Below, piece after piece: positions 25,701 through 38,687 of a stretch of DNA of 64,000 nt. How positions within the stretch are numbered: position 1 is the first letter of the stretch; each line of letters starts with the position of its first letter. The translations under genes and the position numbers were made by a program. The notes under the pieces were generated by a model, which did not search any database, was not told the origin of the DNA, and saw nothing but the letters and a program-made list of their open reading frames with translations. Source of the stretch: the human T2T-CHM13v2.0 reference genome, Homo sapiens; assembly GCF_009914755.1 (NCBI RefSeq), contig NC_060939.1, one strand, 5' to 3'.

Positions 25701-27299
25701 AAAATTTAAATAGATATCTGACATACCTTCATATATTATGCTAGGAAAATTTTCCTTAAAAGGGGTTTAGCAATTTCAGGTTCATTATACTTCTTCTTCT
25801 GTGGATCTATTTACACTATTTGATTCTGTAATAAATAACATTCACATAATCATAATATTATAAAGCCTATTTTATTAATTATAAAATTTTAGACTCAGAA
25901 AGAAAATATGAAGTCTCAGTTACAGTTAATTTTAATTATATAATGGAATGTAAATGTCTTAAAACCTGAAAAGGTAAAGATAATAATATAACCAAAACAT
26001 CAACAAAAATCACATATCATTAGATATTGCCTAAGGTTACTAAATCATAAAACACATTCTTTAATGTCATAAAGATAATATTATAATACAAATTAGCAGA
26101 AATCAAGCCTAGAGATAAAAATGTACTGATGAGAAGTCATAAGGTGTTTCTGAAGTTGATATAGCTAGAAAGAAATCAATAACATTTAGTATTTACATTT
26201 ACAAGAGTAACTATCAGAATAATTGAAAAATAAAAACCGTTAAAGCTGCTTATCTCAGTACAGAAAAGGGGATTTGTCCTTTCTGTTTTAAACCTTTCTA
26301 CATGGGCTGAATTTTCATTAACTAGTCCAGGTATTACTTTAAAATTTTAATACATTTAACATATTTCCATGCATAAAAATGTATAACAGACATACACCCA
26401 AATATTAATACCAATTCTCTCTGGGTAGGAGAAATTCCAGATGATTTTTTTCCTCATGTTTTCACATTTTGTTAGTTTTCAAATGTCCGTGCACAATACT
26501 TTCTCATTCAAGCCATAAACTAAATTTTTAAGTATTTGATAGAGCCATCTAAAATAATTTTGAAAATGCAAAATAATTAAAATTTTATAATTTTAACCTG
26601 CATTTTAAAGGTCATAATGGGATGAAATCAGGATAAAATATACAATTCCTCCAAGAATTTACCTGTTTACCCATTTTCTAACTCTGCAGCAAGAGAAAAT
26701 GTCTCTTTCCACTATAGAAGTAATAACGCTAATAGCTAGTAACAGCCCTGACTGCTCAAGTTTTTCACTAAATGTCTGTGCTTGGTGATTCTTGTAAGTC
26801 CCAGTTCTTGTCCTCCACTTTTTATACTAAAAAATCAGATTTCCAAGCTCATTCAAAAGTGATAGCATTCTGAGTGGCCGATTTTCATGAACCTAGCCCT
26901 AGAAATTAAAAGATTATCTAAAAGTTCACTAAAACACCCTCAGAAATAGAACCAGCAAGATTTCCATAAACAGAGCCAAGTACACTCTCCCTGAATAGTC
27001 TTGGAGACACCTTGATGAGGATAACAAAAGTAAGTCATTATTGAGTATCCCACATGCCTAAATTATGCATCAAATTCTTCTTTGCCTTTTAAAAATTTTA
27101 TTCTTAATATCCCCTTTTCATTTATTATCTCCTCTCATTTTGTCAGTAATACTTCCTTGACATACTGTTAAAATTCAATTATCTAGTTTGTTTACTTTAG
27201 TCCTTATTACAACTAGTAGATCCCTGCTGGATTTAAGGAAAGTTTATGGGGGCAGGTGTAGTGAGTGGATGGAGGATACAACCAATTAAGATAAGAAGA

Positions 27300-27343
27300 G
27301 CACATGTACCCTAGAACTTAAAGTATAATAACTAAAAAAAAAA
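27300..27343 (+). mobile_element. Extremely 5'-truncated L1PA (L1PA4-6-like terminus)
   Basis: gcacatgtaccctagaacttaaagtataataa plus poly(A); perfect 13-bp TSD aagaagagcacat at 27293-27305 and 27344-27356. Confidence 0.92.
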
Positions 27344-28416
27344 AAGAAGAGCACATTTCAGCATCACAGTATATATACGGTGTGTGCCCCACTTGCAGAT
27401 TACTGACCGCAGCCATTTCATCTCAGTTCTTTTTCATTTGCATTACAAACAGATGCAATTTCAAATCTTGCCCTAAGAGTCTAGGTGTTCCTGAAACCTA
27501 GAGCTCAGACTGGCCTAACAGTGGCTATGAAAAACAATCAATGGATATCCTGCCCCGAGACCAGAATGTATGTTTTGAAAAGTATAAGTGCTGTCCATCT
27601 GCAAGAACATTTTTGTTATTGTTGTTGTCATGTCCAATTGACTGTGATGGGAGAATCTAGTTCATTATTAAAAGCAGAAAAGAATCGCTTGCATGACTAT
27701 GGATAGATCTGTCAGCTAAGAACAATGTGTGGTAGCCCTTTCTGCAGGGAGACTGACAGTAACTTCAAAAACATACACTGAATTATCTAATGGAGTTTTT
27801 CCATCCTTAAATTCTGTGAAAAGATATTAAATACCATTAATTCATTAAAGAAATGTCTGGTGGTTTTTATGAACGCTCATGAATATTTCATAAAGTGATT
27901 AAACTTGTTAATCTTGCTCCCAATTAATTTTCAGTAATTCTTAGAACACACAAGTAAATAATAGGTAATTATAATGTCTTACTATGTGTCATTTATATAA
28001 CTTAGGCCATTAAAATTGCATTTCTGATGTGATACATTTCTTAGGGCCCTATGTCTTTGTGTTTTTAAGCAAAATTCATTTTTCCTTTTTTTGAGACTGC
28101 ATTAATTTTGAGGGGATTTTGAGAGGAAATGTTGAGGGTCCTCTAAGAAGAGGAAGAATAGATTCTAAGAGTGCAAAGAGGGGCTCCTCTATGAAGTAGC
28201 ATTACCAAAGTTCTAGATTTTTCTCTTCCACCAATCTGATGAGGTGGTATTCAGTATTTAATTAAGAAAACTATCACCTGTGGAATTAGATGCACAGGTA
28301 ATTCTGCCCATTTTTCTTTCTTTCCTCATGCTTTAGCTTTTCATTATGCTTGACTACCAAATGGAGAAAAAAAGGAACTTAAATTTGGAGGCAATTTAGA
28401 ATAATGGAAAGTTCAC

Positions 28417-28612
28417 AGAGTCAAAAAGAACCAGCTTGAAGGGATCATGACTCCCAAGCTGGGTTGTCTTGGGCAAATTACTTATCTGTCTGAATTTCAG
28501 TCCCTTTACCTGTAAAATTTTGAAAATAAAACTCTCCCTACCTACTTTACAATATTTTTTTGAGAAATTAGTTAAATCATATATTAAAGACATTTGGTAA
28601 AATGCTCTGCAG
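28417..28612 (+). mobile_element. MIR SINE
   Basis: cttgggcaaattacttatctgtctgaatttcagtccctttacctgtaaaat is the MIR core. Confidence 0.75.
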
Positions 28613-31068
28613 ATTATCCCAGGTATGCTAAGCAAATAGGTAATTCTGAGAAACTTACTTCAACATTTTTATCCTGGGCCTTCGTTTCCTAATGCCTAAA
28701 GAGAAAATTAAAACTCCCTAATTTGAAACCAATTTATTTTTATGGTGATCTACTTACCTATTTCTGACCTCTTCTTTAACTTTCAATTCATGGATAATTT
28801 CTTACAAGTTCAGATGGTCCAGGACTTGGAGACAAATAGGGGATGAGAAAGGTAGACCAAATGTCATGGCGTGTTCTGTGGCCTTTGTGTCTCATGGCAT
28901 CTGGTAGAGATTTCTGTACTTGGACATCCCCCGAAACACATTTTAAGCTCAGTCTTGAGCCACAGGGCTTACATCCTAAATACCCATCACTTCCAAAGAA
29001 ATGTTTTGGTCAGTAGCTTGACTGACTCTGAGGCGGATTGTTTCCATCATCAGTAGCCAAGTGAAGATCTGTTTTGCCTTTGCCTGTTGTGCTCTGTGAG
29101 CAAGAATTCCCAGTCTTTGACACAGGGAGGCATATTTATGACATTTGGCTTCTTTGTTCAACAGATTTTTCCTTTCTGTGTTTATGAGAGTTAGCATGAA
29201 ACAGTGCTCTGATCTACTGGGTTCCTTTTCTTTGAAGCACTTTGTGTTCTTTGCATTTACTCTGGCCCTTGTTATGAGGAGCTAGAGGCATAGAAGCCCT
29301 GTTCTAGAGTTGCTTGACTGCTTTTATGTCCATTTATAAAAGCTTTCCAAATCAAGAGAATCATGTATTTGTTATTTATGGGTCCATGAAATACCCAAGT
29401 AATTAAAACTAGCCATTTTACCATTAATCAAGCATGGAAACCACAGTGTTTTGTGATGTACAGTCATTTCAACATCAGCCTACAGTTGCACAGGCCCATC
29501 TAATCGCCTGCATGGCAATACAATGAAATAGGTGCTGAGATTATATTGCTAGGCATCCAAATGTCTCATATTGTTTGGAGATGCACATGCTCTGGCCAAC
29601 CCATAATATATTAAAGTTTTAAAGTTGTGCAAAAGAAACTCTTAAAATCAGATAGTAATAGTTAGCATCTGAAAAAGTGTATAACCTGTACCCAGCGTTA
29701 ACATAAACACAAAAGAAAGTTACATTTTAGACAGGTTCACAACACAGTCAGAAAGCAGGACCTGACATTGCATATTCTCAATTTGCAAATGCATTCCTTT
29801 CTAAAAAGCTGCAATTAATTACAAACTAGTTTTGATGCCGTTTATTCTTTCCTTAAATATGGAGTGAATTCGCCTCATAAACTAATGAACCAAAGTGGAG
29901 CCAAATAGAGACCAGCTGGCTGGATAACTCAGTAATTTTATCCACATGATTGACTTTATGATTCTTTCACTGAAGTAACTAGTTTTTATTTTTGCAATCA
30001 GCACCAATGACAATTTGGGAGGGGGTGGGGAATTATTAAAATCTGGAGAAAGAAGAGGCACTGATTATTTGATGTGGAACAGCACATTCCTCCACACACT
30101 TCTCCAGTATCATAGGTGCTGGATTCCAGGTCTCTCTGGCTTCCAAAGTAACACACTTAGTTGCCACAGAGACATAATAAGCAACCAATGCCCAAATAAT
30201 CATTACAGATACTCCATTAACAGCATCTAACTGTGTGGCTTTTAACCATACAAATTGTTTTTTGACAGCTTGTAACCTTTTCAAATACTTTCCTTTGGAC
30301 ATTACACTACACTCAGATCTAATTTTAACTTTTGCTTTGTCTATAATTTATGAGTTTCTTTGGAGCTGCATAATGTATTTGAGGAGAAAGGATACATTCA
30401 AATAAAAGCTAAAAACAAAATCAATTACTGTTTTAATCCATGAAACCTTTGCTCACTGGGAGATCACTACAATAGGATGAAACAAAAAGAAGGGAGGGAA
30501 GGACCTAAATGATCTAGAATTCCCTTAGAAGCTGTTTTAAAACAAGCAGGTTTAACCTATTTAAATAGGATCATAGCTGAACAGAAATGAAATATATCAC
30601 TGGTACATGGAAAAGTTTCTCTTAAGATGCATGAAATTTCACAACATACAAATTTTAAAATTATAAAATGGCTTAATGAGGCTGTCAGTGAAGAGCTAAA
30701 ATATACAACACTCCTTTAGCAGTGAAAATCTCCAGGTTTGCAATTTCCAGATACTGGAATCCATCCACTCAAGAAAAAGGAAGCATATCATTCCAAAAGT
30801 TGGTCCAAAAAAAAAATGGATACATCTTAAAGATCATAGATCACAAATGGTTGGCACTAAAAGGAACTTTAGAAATCATCTGTTCAGGCTCAAACTGAAG
30901 CCTAGTGGCCGGCTTTGTTCTTAACTGTTCTCTCCTCTCGCTCCCCACACCCAGACAATCGGCAAGTCCAGCCTGCTCTATCGCAGGAATCACATTCATC
31001 CCTGGCCACACCCTCAGCTCTTAAACACTAGCACCTCTCACTGGGACTGCTGCCACAGGACATTAAAG

Positions 31069-31400
31069 CAGGGGACAGCAAACTGAAGCTCACAATCCCC
31101 CTTTGCTGCCTCTTTTTGTATGTCCTGAAAGCTAAGAATAGTTTTTACATTTTTTAATTATTATAAAAAACAAAGGAATAATAATATTGTATGGCATGTG
31201 AAATTATATGAAATTCAAATTCCAGTGTCCCTCAATAAAGTTTTACTGGAACACAGCCATGGTAAGTCTTTCATGTATTGCCTATGACTGCTTTTGCTTT
31301 ACAAGAGCAGAACTGAGTCACTGAGACAGAGACTGCATGGCCCACAGAGCCTAACGTACTTACTCTCTGGCTCTTTACAGAAAATGTTTACTGACTTTTG
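31069..31400. mobile_element. MER58B hAT-Charlie DNA transposon
   Basis: Termini caggggacagcaaact and tgtttactgacttttg; interior gctaagaatagtttttacatttt, atatgaaattcaaattccagtgtcc, aataaagttttactggaacacagccat. Confidence 0.85.
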
Positions 31401-31526
31401 TCTTATCAGTCCCCTATATCACACTTTCTGTGCCATAGTCATTTAAAGAAATGACACAGCATAGCAACCAGTGATCCTTTTCAAACAAATCAACTCCCGT
31501 CATTTTGTGTTTAAAACTCTTATATG

Positions 31527-32033
31527 CTCTGCTGTCCAATATGGCAGCCACTAGCCACATGTGCCTGTTGAACACTTGAAAAGTGTCTAGCGCAACTGAC
31601 CAGCTGGATTTTTATTTTTGTTTAATTTCAATTAATTAAGTTTTAAAAATGGATAATTCAATTATTGGAAAGCATTTGACTATGTTTGGAATAACCTGGC
31701 TATGTGAATGTACTATATCAATTGAAGATTTTAGGAAGTCTCAGTGCAGGTCAAGTATTCCCAATGAAAATTTTGGATCCAAATTGGAATGCGCTAAAAA
31801 TGTAAAATACACACAGGGGTTTCAAGACTTAATCTAAAAAACAGAGAATGTAAAATAGCCCACTAATAATTTTAATGGTGATTACAAGTTGAAATAAATA
31901 AGTTAAATGACATATCTTATTAAATCTAATTTATCTGTTGTTTGGGTTTTTTTTTTTTACTTTTAATTGAGGCTACTAGACAATTTAAAATTACATGTGT
32001 GGCTTGCATTGTATTTCTGTTGAACAACAAATG
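31527..32033. mobile_element. Charlie1b-like (MER3/MER33-related) hAT DNA transposon
   Basis: gctgtccaatatggcagccactagccacatgtg start; MER33-type end gctactagacaatttaaaattacatgtgtggcttgcattgtatttctgttgaaca; about 510 bp. Confidence 0.75.
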
Positions 32034-32544
32034 CTGCTCTAATGAGTTTACATGGCAATAAGAATAAATTCAAAGTTTTCTTACAATGTCAACGAGGTCT
32101 TGTGTGGCCCCTGCCCACCTCTTTAATCACATCTCCTGTCACTCTCCTTTCGCTCTTCATAGCAGTCCCTCAAAGACACTAAACTAATTTTTGCCTTAGA
32201 ATCTTTCTTTGCACCAACTCTGCCTTCTCTCTGGGAACAGCTGCCCTACATCCTCTTTCTCACCCTTCAGTACAGCTTAAACGTCAGCCTCCTCAGAGAG
32301 GCCTTCCCTAATCCACCCCCAGTCACTTTCTTGAATTCAACCTAAGGTTCTTCTCTCCATAACTATTATCAGTATCTGGAATTTTCTTCTGTATTAATTT
32401 ACATTTCTCTTGACCGTCTCCATTCCCTCCATATTCCCCACCCCAACACACAAAGAGCGGGAACCTTGTCAGTGTTGTTCACTGCCCCATCTCTAACACT
32501 TCAAACAATGCCTAGTGCTCAATAAATATTTCAGTGACTGGCCC

Positions 32545-32645
32545 TTTGTTTTACAGATGTGAAAAACTAAGACACAGAGCAGTTAAAAGATCTAATGACA
32601 GAACTCAGAATGGAACACAGGTCTCCTACTTCTAGACTCATGTTT
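32545..32645 (-). mobile_element. MIR fragment
   Basis: ttttacagatgtgaaaaactaagacacagagcagttaa...agaatggaacacaggtctcctacttctagactcatg. Confidence 0.7.
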
Positions 32646-32745
32646 TTGAGGAGATCCGTGGATCAGCATCTCTCCTGGTCAGGACCACAGAGGCCTTCCA
32701 CCCGCTGTGTGAAGCCTCGTTGGATGCCAGCTTCAAAAGCAAAAG
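32557..32745 (+). ncRNA. Candidate non-coding exon (MIR-derived acceptor)
   Basis: Acceptor gtgac...ccctttgttttacag|A and donor AAG|gtcagc; 189 nt; stops in all three frames; no transcript evidence available. Confidence 0.3.
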
Positions 32746-33872
32746 GTCAGCTAACCCAACCGTTTATTTTACCCATGGGCACCTAAAAACTTCTCAGTAG
32801 CTTTATCTGCTCTCTAAATTCCTTGCCAGATTGTTAGCAGCTTTTGAGATTGCTTCTCAGATGACTTTTTCCTCTGGGCATGGGAAATAATCACCAAAAT
32901 TAAAGAAGGAAATCAGTGGCATTTAGCCTCTCTCTCTCACCAAAGTGACAGTCACAAAACAGAAAGAACTGGGTCATAAGGATGGCAAAAAGGCAAATTA
33001 AATATTCTGAAGTAGCAGCACAACCACTACCAATGAAGTTGGGCGGAAAAGTAAACACTAGGGGTCAGGATGCCCTTCCTCTTTTATCTTTTTCATTTTC
33101 CCCTTTCGTTAATTAGCATTCAAACTATGTTCGTGTTCCTGCAAATTAAGCAACAGCCCAAAGGGTGATATTTGAAGGCAATGTGGAAAAATATTACACA
33201 TTTCGTTTCTTAGTTAAAGTCTAAAATGTCAGTCTTTGTAACACCATATATTTAGACTTTAATCCTTGCGTAAGATCAGATACCTCTAATAGAAACATCA
33301 TTGGTACCTTCATTTAAGTGAAAGATGTTAGGAGAAAAGAATGAGGGGAGGTGTTTGCCTTGTAGTTGTGCTTATGGGTAGACATATACTATGGTGAGTA
33401 TATTGTAGTCAAAGGTCATAAACGTCCCAATAAAAGCCTTTTATTTAAATTCTCATTTACTACCAGTTAATGAGCTCAGATTTCTCTCCTCCTTTATTTT
33501 TTCACTCGTCACTAGGGAAGAATGTTTTTATTACTTTGACCTTCATGTGCATTTATCAAGCATCTTTTGAGAATGTGTCATGTGAATTGTGCGATCAGGT
33601 GTGTTCAGCAACAGAAGCAGAGGTGTAGAGTTGGGGGTGAACATAGTAAGATGGAGCTATCAGTGAGCAAACTGTCCTGGCTAAAGTGGAGGCTTTATTG
33701 TATGTCAAAGGAGTGGGATATATAACTAAATAGATGTGGTGAGCAGACTTTAAATGTCAGGTTGAGGTGTTGGAACTTTATTCTGTCAGTAACATGAAAC
33801 TACTAGAAATTTTATTATATGAATAAAATATTATTCATTGCATGAAATGACATATTTAGGAGTATATTAATG

Positions 33873-34101
33873 ACTAGCATTTATTCAGCACTATGTTCTA
33901 GATGCTACTTCTAAGCACTTTACATGCTTATACATTGTTCAGTCCTCACAATTACCCTATAAAAGTAGGTCGAACCTTTGTTATTCCTATTTTACAGATG
34001 AGGAAAATGAGATACAGATAAATAACTTGCCCACTGTCACACAGCTATTGTGTGGCAAAGCCAGGGTTCAAACCCAGGCCATCTGTGTCCAGAGCTCTTA
34101 A
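33873..34101 (-). mobile_element. MIR SINE, near full length
   Basis: agcatttattcagcac...ctaagcactttacatg...tcctcacaattaccctat...ttttacagatgaggaaaatgag...aacttgccca...ggttcaaacccagg. Confidence 0.9.
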
Positions 34102-35609
34102 GAAGAATGTCAGAGCAATATGGCAGAATGGCCAAAGGAATAGCTGCTACTAGGCTACATGGAGTCTTTAACAAAGTCAGAAAAGAAGCCACCTCTGGGT
34201 GAGGTCAGCAAAAGTGTTGGTGATTGGATGGCCTGCTATCTTTGTATGTGTTTCAAAAGGTGACCCTTCCTCTGGGCAGACACAGCCTCCATCTTTGGCT
34301 TGGGGAACAACAAGGCTAGACTTCAGCCCTCATTTGTCCCCATCTTATAGACTGTTGAATATCTGATTTTCAATTAAATTGCTGAACTAGATTAAACCTT
34401 CATGTCCCCATACCATCAGTACAGTCAGTTCTATACCACAAAGGGTTGTTTCAAAGTTGAATTTTTGTGAATCTGAGCATGAGTGTGTGTGTGTGCATAT
34501 TGTGCACATGCACAAAAGCAAAAAAGAAGAGTTAGAGTTCCACATTAGGACTGATGCCAGAACAAGATCAAAGAACAGCCACAAAGTCTTGGAGTTGAGA
34601 ACATGAATCCCTGATGAAATCTTTCAGGAATTAACAAAAATCTTCATTAAAGATGAAAGGTCATCCAAGGTCCTCAGAAATTCTGCTGGGGATTCAAATT
34701 CACGTAGATCTTAGGAGGCAGGGAGATCTCAGCTGTAATCTCAGTCACATTACTAATAATTTTAATTGGGGTGGGGGAAGGGATCCAGAAGAGTTCCATG
34801 GAGTAAATGACCTTAAATCATGCTAGGATTTGCCTACTAAGATACACAACTTCATTTAGGTACATATAAACTGTATTAAGAAATCCATGTGCTTTTCCAA
34901 AACAGGACACCACACACTTTGGAGGCCCAGATTCGCATTGCTTTTCTATCCTTGCTAGATTTGCATACGTATTCCTACCCTTGAGCTCAGGGCCTCTTGT
35001 CCCAGTCCTAGTGAAGAGTGCATGAAATTGCCTGCCTCCAAAGACCAAGGTTCAAGATCAAGTCAATCATGATGTCCATTGTTAGTTGTTCCCACCCATC
35101 TCCTCTTGACCAGACATTCTCTGACTCCATTGCCCAAAACTTGAGTGCCCAGGTTCTTAGAACCATCTCCTGCACCTCTGCAACCTCCAGCCAGACCTCG
35201 TTTACATGTAACCCCACCTGCCTTGATGACACATTGCTAAAGACCACTGCATACCTCCTTATTCTTTCCTACCTAATTCAAATTTCACTCATAAATCTGA
35301 TCAGGAAAATCAGAATCTGCCTCCTCTTCATAATCTCTGGTTTTGTCTGAATTCTTTCACTCTGAGCCCTAAAAGTAATTTCCCATCAAAATTTTCTGCT
35401 TGCTTTAAAACTCTAGACTTCGAGCAGAAATAACTACTTAGACTTCACCCGAGGTTAGATCATAAACTGCCTAAAATTTAAAATTAAAGTATGACCCAAA
35501 TAATTTATTTATTACGATATCAACGTACCTGTCCCCTGAATCCCTTAAGGAACCTAAGTTCAAGTTCACTGTGTTAACGTAGTCCAAACAAGAAAGCCAC
35601 AAAGTTTTA

Positions 35610-36053
35610 TTTATTTTAATTGAGAAAACTTTTCTTTAAAAATAAAAAAAGTGTTAAGGGGGTACAGTGCAGGTTTTGTTGCTTGATGCTGAGGTTTGGG
35701 CTTCTATTGATCCCATTGCCCAAGGAATGAACATAGCACCCAATAGGTAGTTTCCAACACTTGCATCTCTCCCCTGCCACCACCATTTAGAATTCCCAGT
35801 GTTTATTGTTCTCATCTTTGTGTTCATGTGTACCCAATGTTTAGCTCCCACTTATAAATGAGAACATGCAGTATTTGGTTTTCTGTTTCTGCATTAATTT
35901 GCTTAGAGTAATGTCCTTAAACTGCATCCATGTTGCTGCAAAGGACATGATTTCATTCTTTTTTATGGCTGTGTAGTATTCCATCGTGTAAGTGTACCAC
36001 GTTTTATCTAATCCACCATTGATGGGTCACATGGGCTGGTTTCGTGTCTTTGA
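35610..36053 (-). mobile_element. 5'-truncated L1 (L1PA16-like 3'UTR)
   Basis: gatgctgaggtttgggcttctattgatccc, tgtacccaatgtttagctcccacttata; TSD aaagccacaaagtttta at 35593-35609 and 36054-36070 with a TTTT/AA site. Confidence 0.9.
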
Positions 36054-36075
36054 AAAGCCACAAAGTTTTAAAGAA

Positions 36076-36259
36076 CAACAGGTTATTAACCTTAAGCAGC
36101 TCGTGAATGGGCTTCAGGGGATCTATAAGCTGTCTGAGATAGTGTAAAGTGTGTTTATGTGTATGTATGTCTGTGTGTGCATTTTTCTGAAGAGGGAGTC
36201 TGTAGATTTTATCAAAATTTCAAAGGGGTCAGTGAGCCATAAAATTTTAAGGTACACTG
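36076..36259. mobile_element. Charlie4z-like hAT MITE
   Basis: ggttattaacc...atgggcttcagggg...gtgcatttttctg...tcaaaggggtcagtga...ttaaggtacactg. Confidence 0.7.
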
Positions 36260-37099
36260 TCTGGTCTATCAACTACAGTCCCTCCAGATAGTTGGTGCCC
36301 TAGTATATATCTTTGCCTCTGCACAAAAGCTAAAATACTTGGCAAGTTGCAAGTTTTCTGACTTTCTTATTATTTTTTAGTTTGTAATACTAAAAAATAC
36401 TTGAAAGAATTAACAAATTCCAAGTCACCATTGCTGACAGTCTTAAAACACCTAAATATGACTTTGAAAAATTAGAAAATTTTTTTCGTAATTACACTAG
36501 ACATTAATACTCTACTAGTAAAGAATTAAGAAAAATATTTAAATATATTCACACACATAATAGACTTGTTACTTAAAAATTGATAAAACGTTCAGATAAC
36601 CATGCTTTTCTGTAATCTTATAGTTTTTAAATTAGATTCCATTCATAAACTACATAGTGGGACATTCTTATGGTGTGAGAACGCAAGACAGGACTATCAT
36701 CTGCAACGTGGGCTAATCCTAGCAGGTTTTCACAGTATGCATTTGGTATATCTGAATCCAGATGATAAAATGCTCTTGTATAATAGGTCTTCTTTACCAT
36801 TGTATCAAAAAATCCTACTGTTCCTCCACAAAGAATTCATTCTGGTTGAGATAATGTCAATATCTTAGGCACACATAGAAGCACTGTTTATTCTATTAAA
36901 TTGGAAAGGCTATTGGTCATGCAAACCTAGTCAAATCTCAACTTATATCCAATTTTGCCAACCCACTGGGGTTACCTGAATCACAGTCAGTCAGAACAAA
37001 TACAGGTTTTTAGACAGCAAAACTACTCCCCAACCAATACTATATAATTGAGTCTTTTTCCACTGAGGTTGACTAGGTTATGATATTAACTGAGAAGTT

Positions 37100-37195
37100 T
37101 CTATCTCTCTCTCTATCATATATCTACCCATCTGTCTATCTAACTATCTCTATCTGTCCCCCCCCCCTCTCTCTCTCTCTCTCTTCCTCCTTCCT
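37100..37195 (+). repeat. Compound (TCTA)n / (C)n / (CT)n simple repeat
   Basis: Directly visible. Confidence 0.85.
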
Positions 37196-37203
37196 ACCAC
37201 CAA

Positions 37204-37431
37204 TTGCATCACTCTGACCCCCTCTTCTGCTTCTCTTCTCCACCCATATAAGACCCTTTTGATTACACTGGGCCTAGGGCCTAACTGGATAATCTTGCTA
37301 CGTTAAGGTCAGCTGATTAATAACCTTAATTCCATTTGCACTTATTTTTTTTCACCATATAAGGTAATATATTCACAGGTTGTGGGGACTACAGACATGG
37401 ACATCTTTGGGGGCCATAATTCTGCCTGCCA
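37204..37431 (-). mobile_element. MLT1B/C MaLR LTR fragment
   Basis: gattacactgggcc...ggataatct...ttaaggtcagctgatta...aaggtaatatattcacaggtt...catggacatctttgggggccataattctgcctgccaca. Confidence 0.85.
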
Positions 37432-38644
37432 CACCTCCTGAGGCCTAGTCGTGTGTTCTGATATATTATCTATTTGTTCTTCAAAAGAGGACATAAACAT
37501 ATTGCTTACCTCACACCCCCTAAAAGGACGACACGCTGCTTCACCTCAGACTTGATTCCCTATGTAAGGGGACACAATTACTTCATTTGGAAACTGATTT
37601 TTTATTTCCGAGTACTTCAGAATCATAAAGCAGCTTTGAAGAAGAAAGAAAATCTGATAATTTAGTAGCAGAGTTAGGTATATTTTCATAAAAATAACAT
37701 AGACCTGAAGAACATTTCCAAATATATGAGACTCAAAAGAGCAACTTAATTTGTTGCAGCCTTCCCTGGTTCCTAAGCAAATGCATCCATGTTGATGTTG
37801 TGAGTACAAGGGAAGTTATGGTTATGTTTTCTGGGTCCTATCATATGACTATGGTGTATATACACACCGCAAGCATGTGCAGACCCAGGTTGGAAGACGC
37901 ATTTAGCACCTACCTTCTTTTAAGGGCATAGGCGAACTTTATGAATATTAATTTCAGTCAGGATCACTATTTGCAGAAGTTTTTCTCTTACCAAGTAGAG
38001 GCTGTCACTCAGTAAGTGCATTATTACTCAAATGAGCAGGCCAAGTAAAGTGCATTTGAGTTTCTATGAGAATACATCACCAAACAAAGCAGGGGCTGTA
38101 CAAGCAGAAGGTGTGTGCAGCAAAGGCCTATTAAGGGGATACAATTTTCCCATGAACTCTTTGCCCATTATATAATAATCACAGCTGTATGCTGTTGGAA
38201 AAAAGATTCAGCTTCTCCATATAATAAAATTATACCTAGGCATGCAGAAAATCTCCTAAAATCACATAGAGGAAAAAAAATATAACTTTCATTAAACATT
38301 AATGCCAACACTCAAGCATTAACCACAACAATTTGTTACACTAAAAATAAGGAAGTCAAAATGCTGAAAGTGGAAAATATAGTCCTGAGTCTTTGGCCAC
38401 ATTATCCAGCCGCTTCATTTTTGTTGCCATTAAAAAGTTAGGATTCCCAAAGCTTTATCAATTTCTAAATTTTACACAAACCTCAAACCACCTTAATATT
38501 CTAAATTTATTTCTGCAGTCTTTTACATTTTAGAAAACTTTTTCTAATCGCAAAGTTCAAGAACCACTTTCCTGACTCACTCACCTGCTATCACCTATAT
38601 AGTTAGTATGGGATGACTCCCCTTTTTCATACACCTACTTGAAG

Positions 38645-38645
<1 letters not shown>

Positions 38646-38684
<39 letters not shown>
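38646..38684 (+). repeat. (CA)19 microsatellite
   Basis: Uninterrupted CA run. Confidence 0.97.

Positions 38685-38687
<3 letters not shown>

Larger units (their letters stand above)
30900..32540 (+). mobile_element. L2 3' region fragmented by two DNA transposons
   Basis: agcaaccagtgatccttttcaaac, ctcctcagagaggccttcccta, tgttcactgc, tgcctagtgctcaataaatattt are L2 3' motifs. Confidence 0.7.

Noticed and set aside
32595-32786. 63-aa ORF MTELRMEHRSP... as a micropeptide
   Set aside because: Starts inside a MIR, runs past the candidate donor and has no recognisable homology
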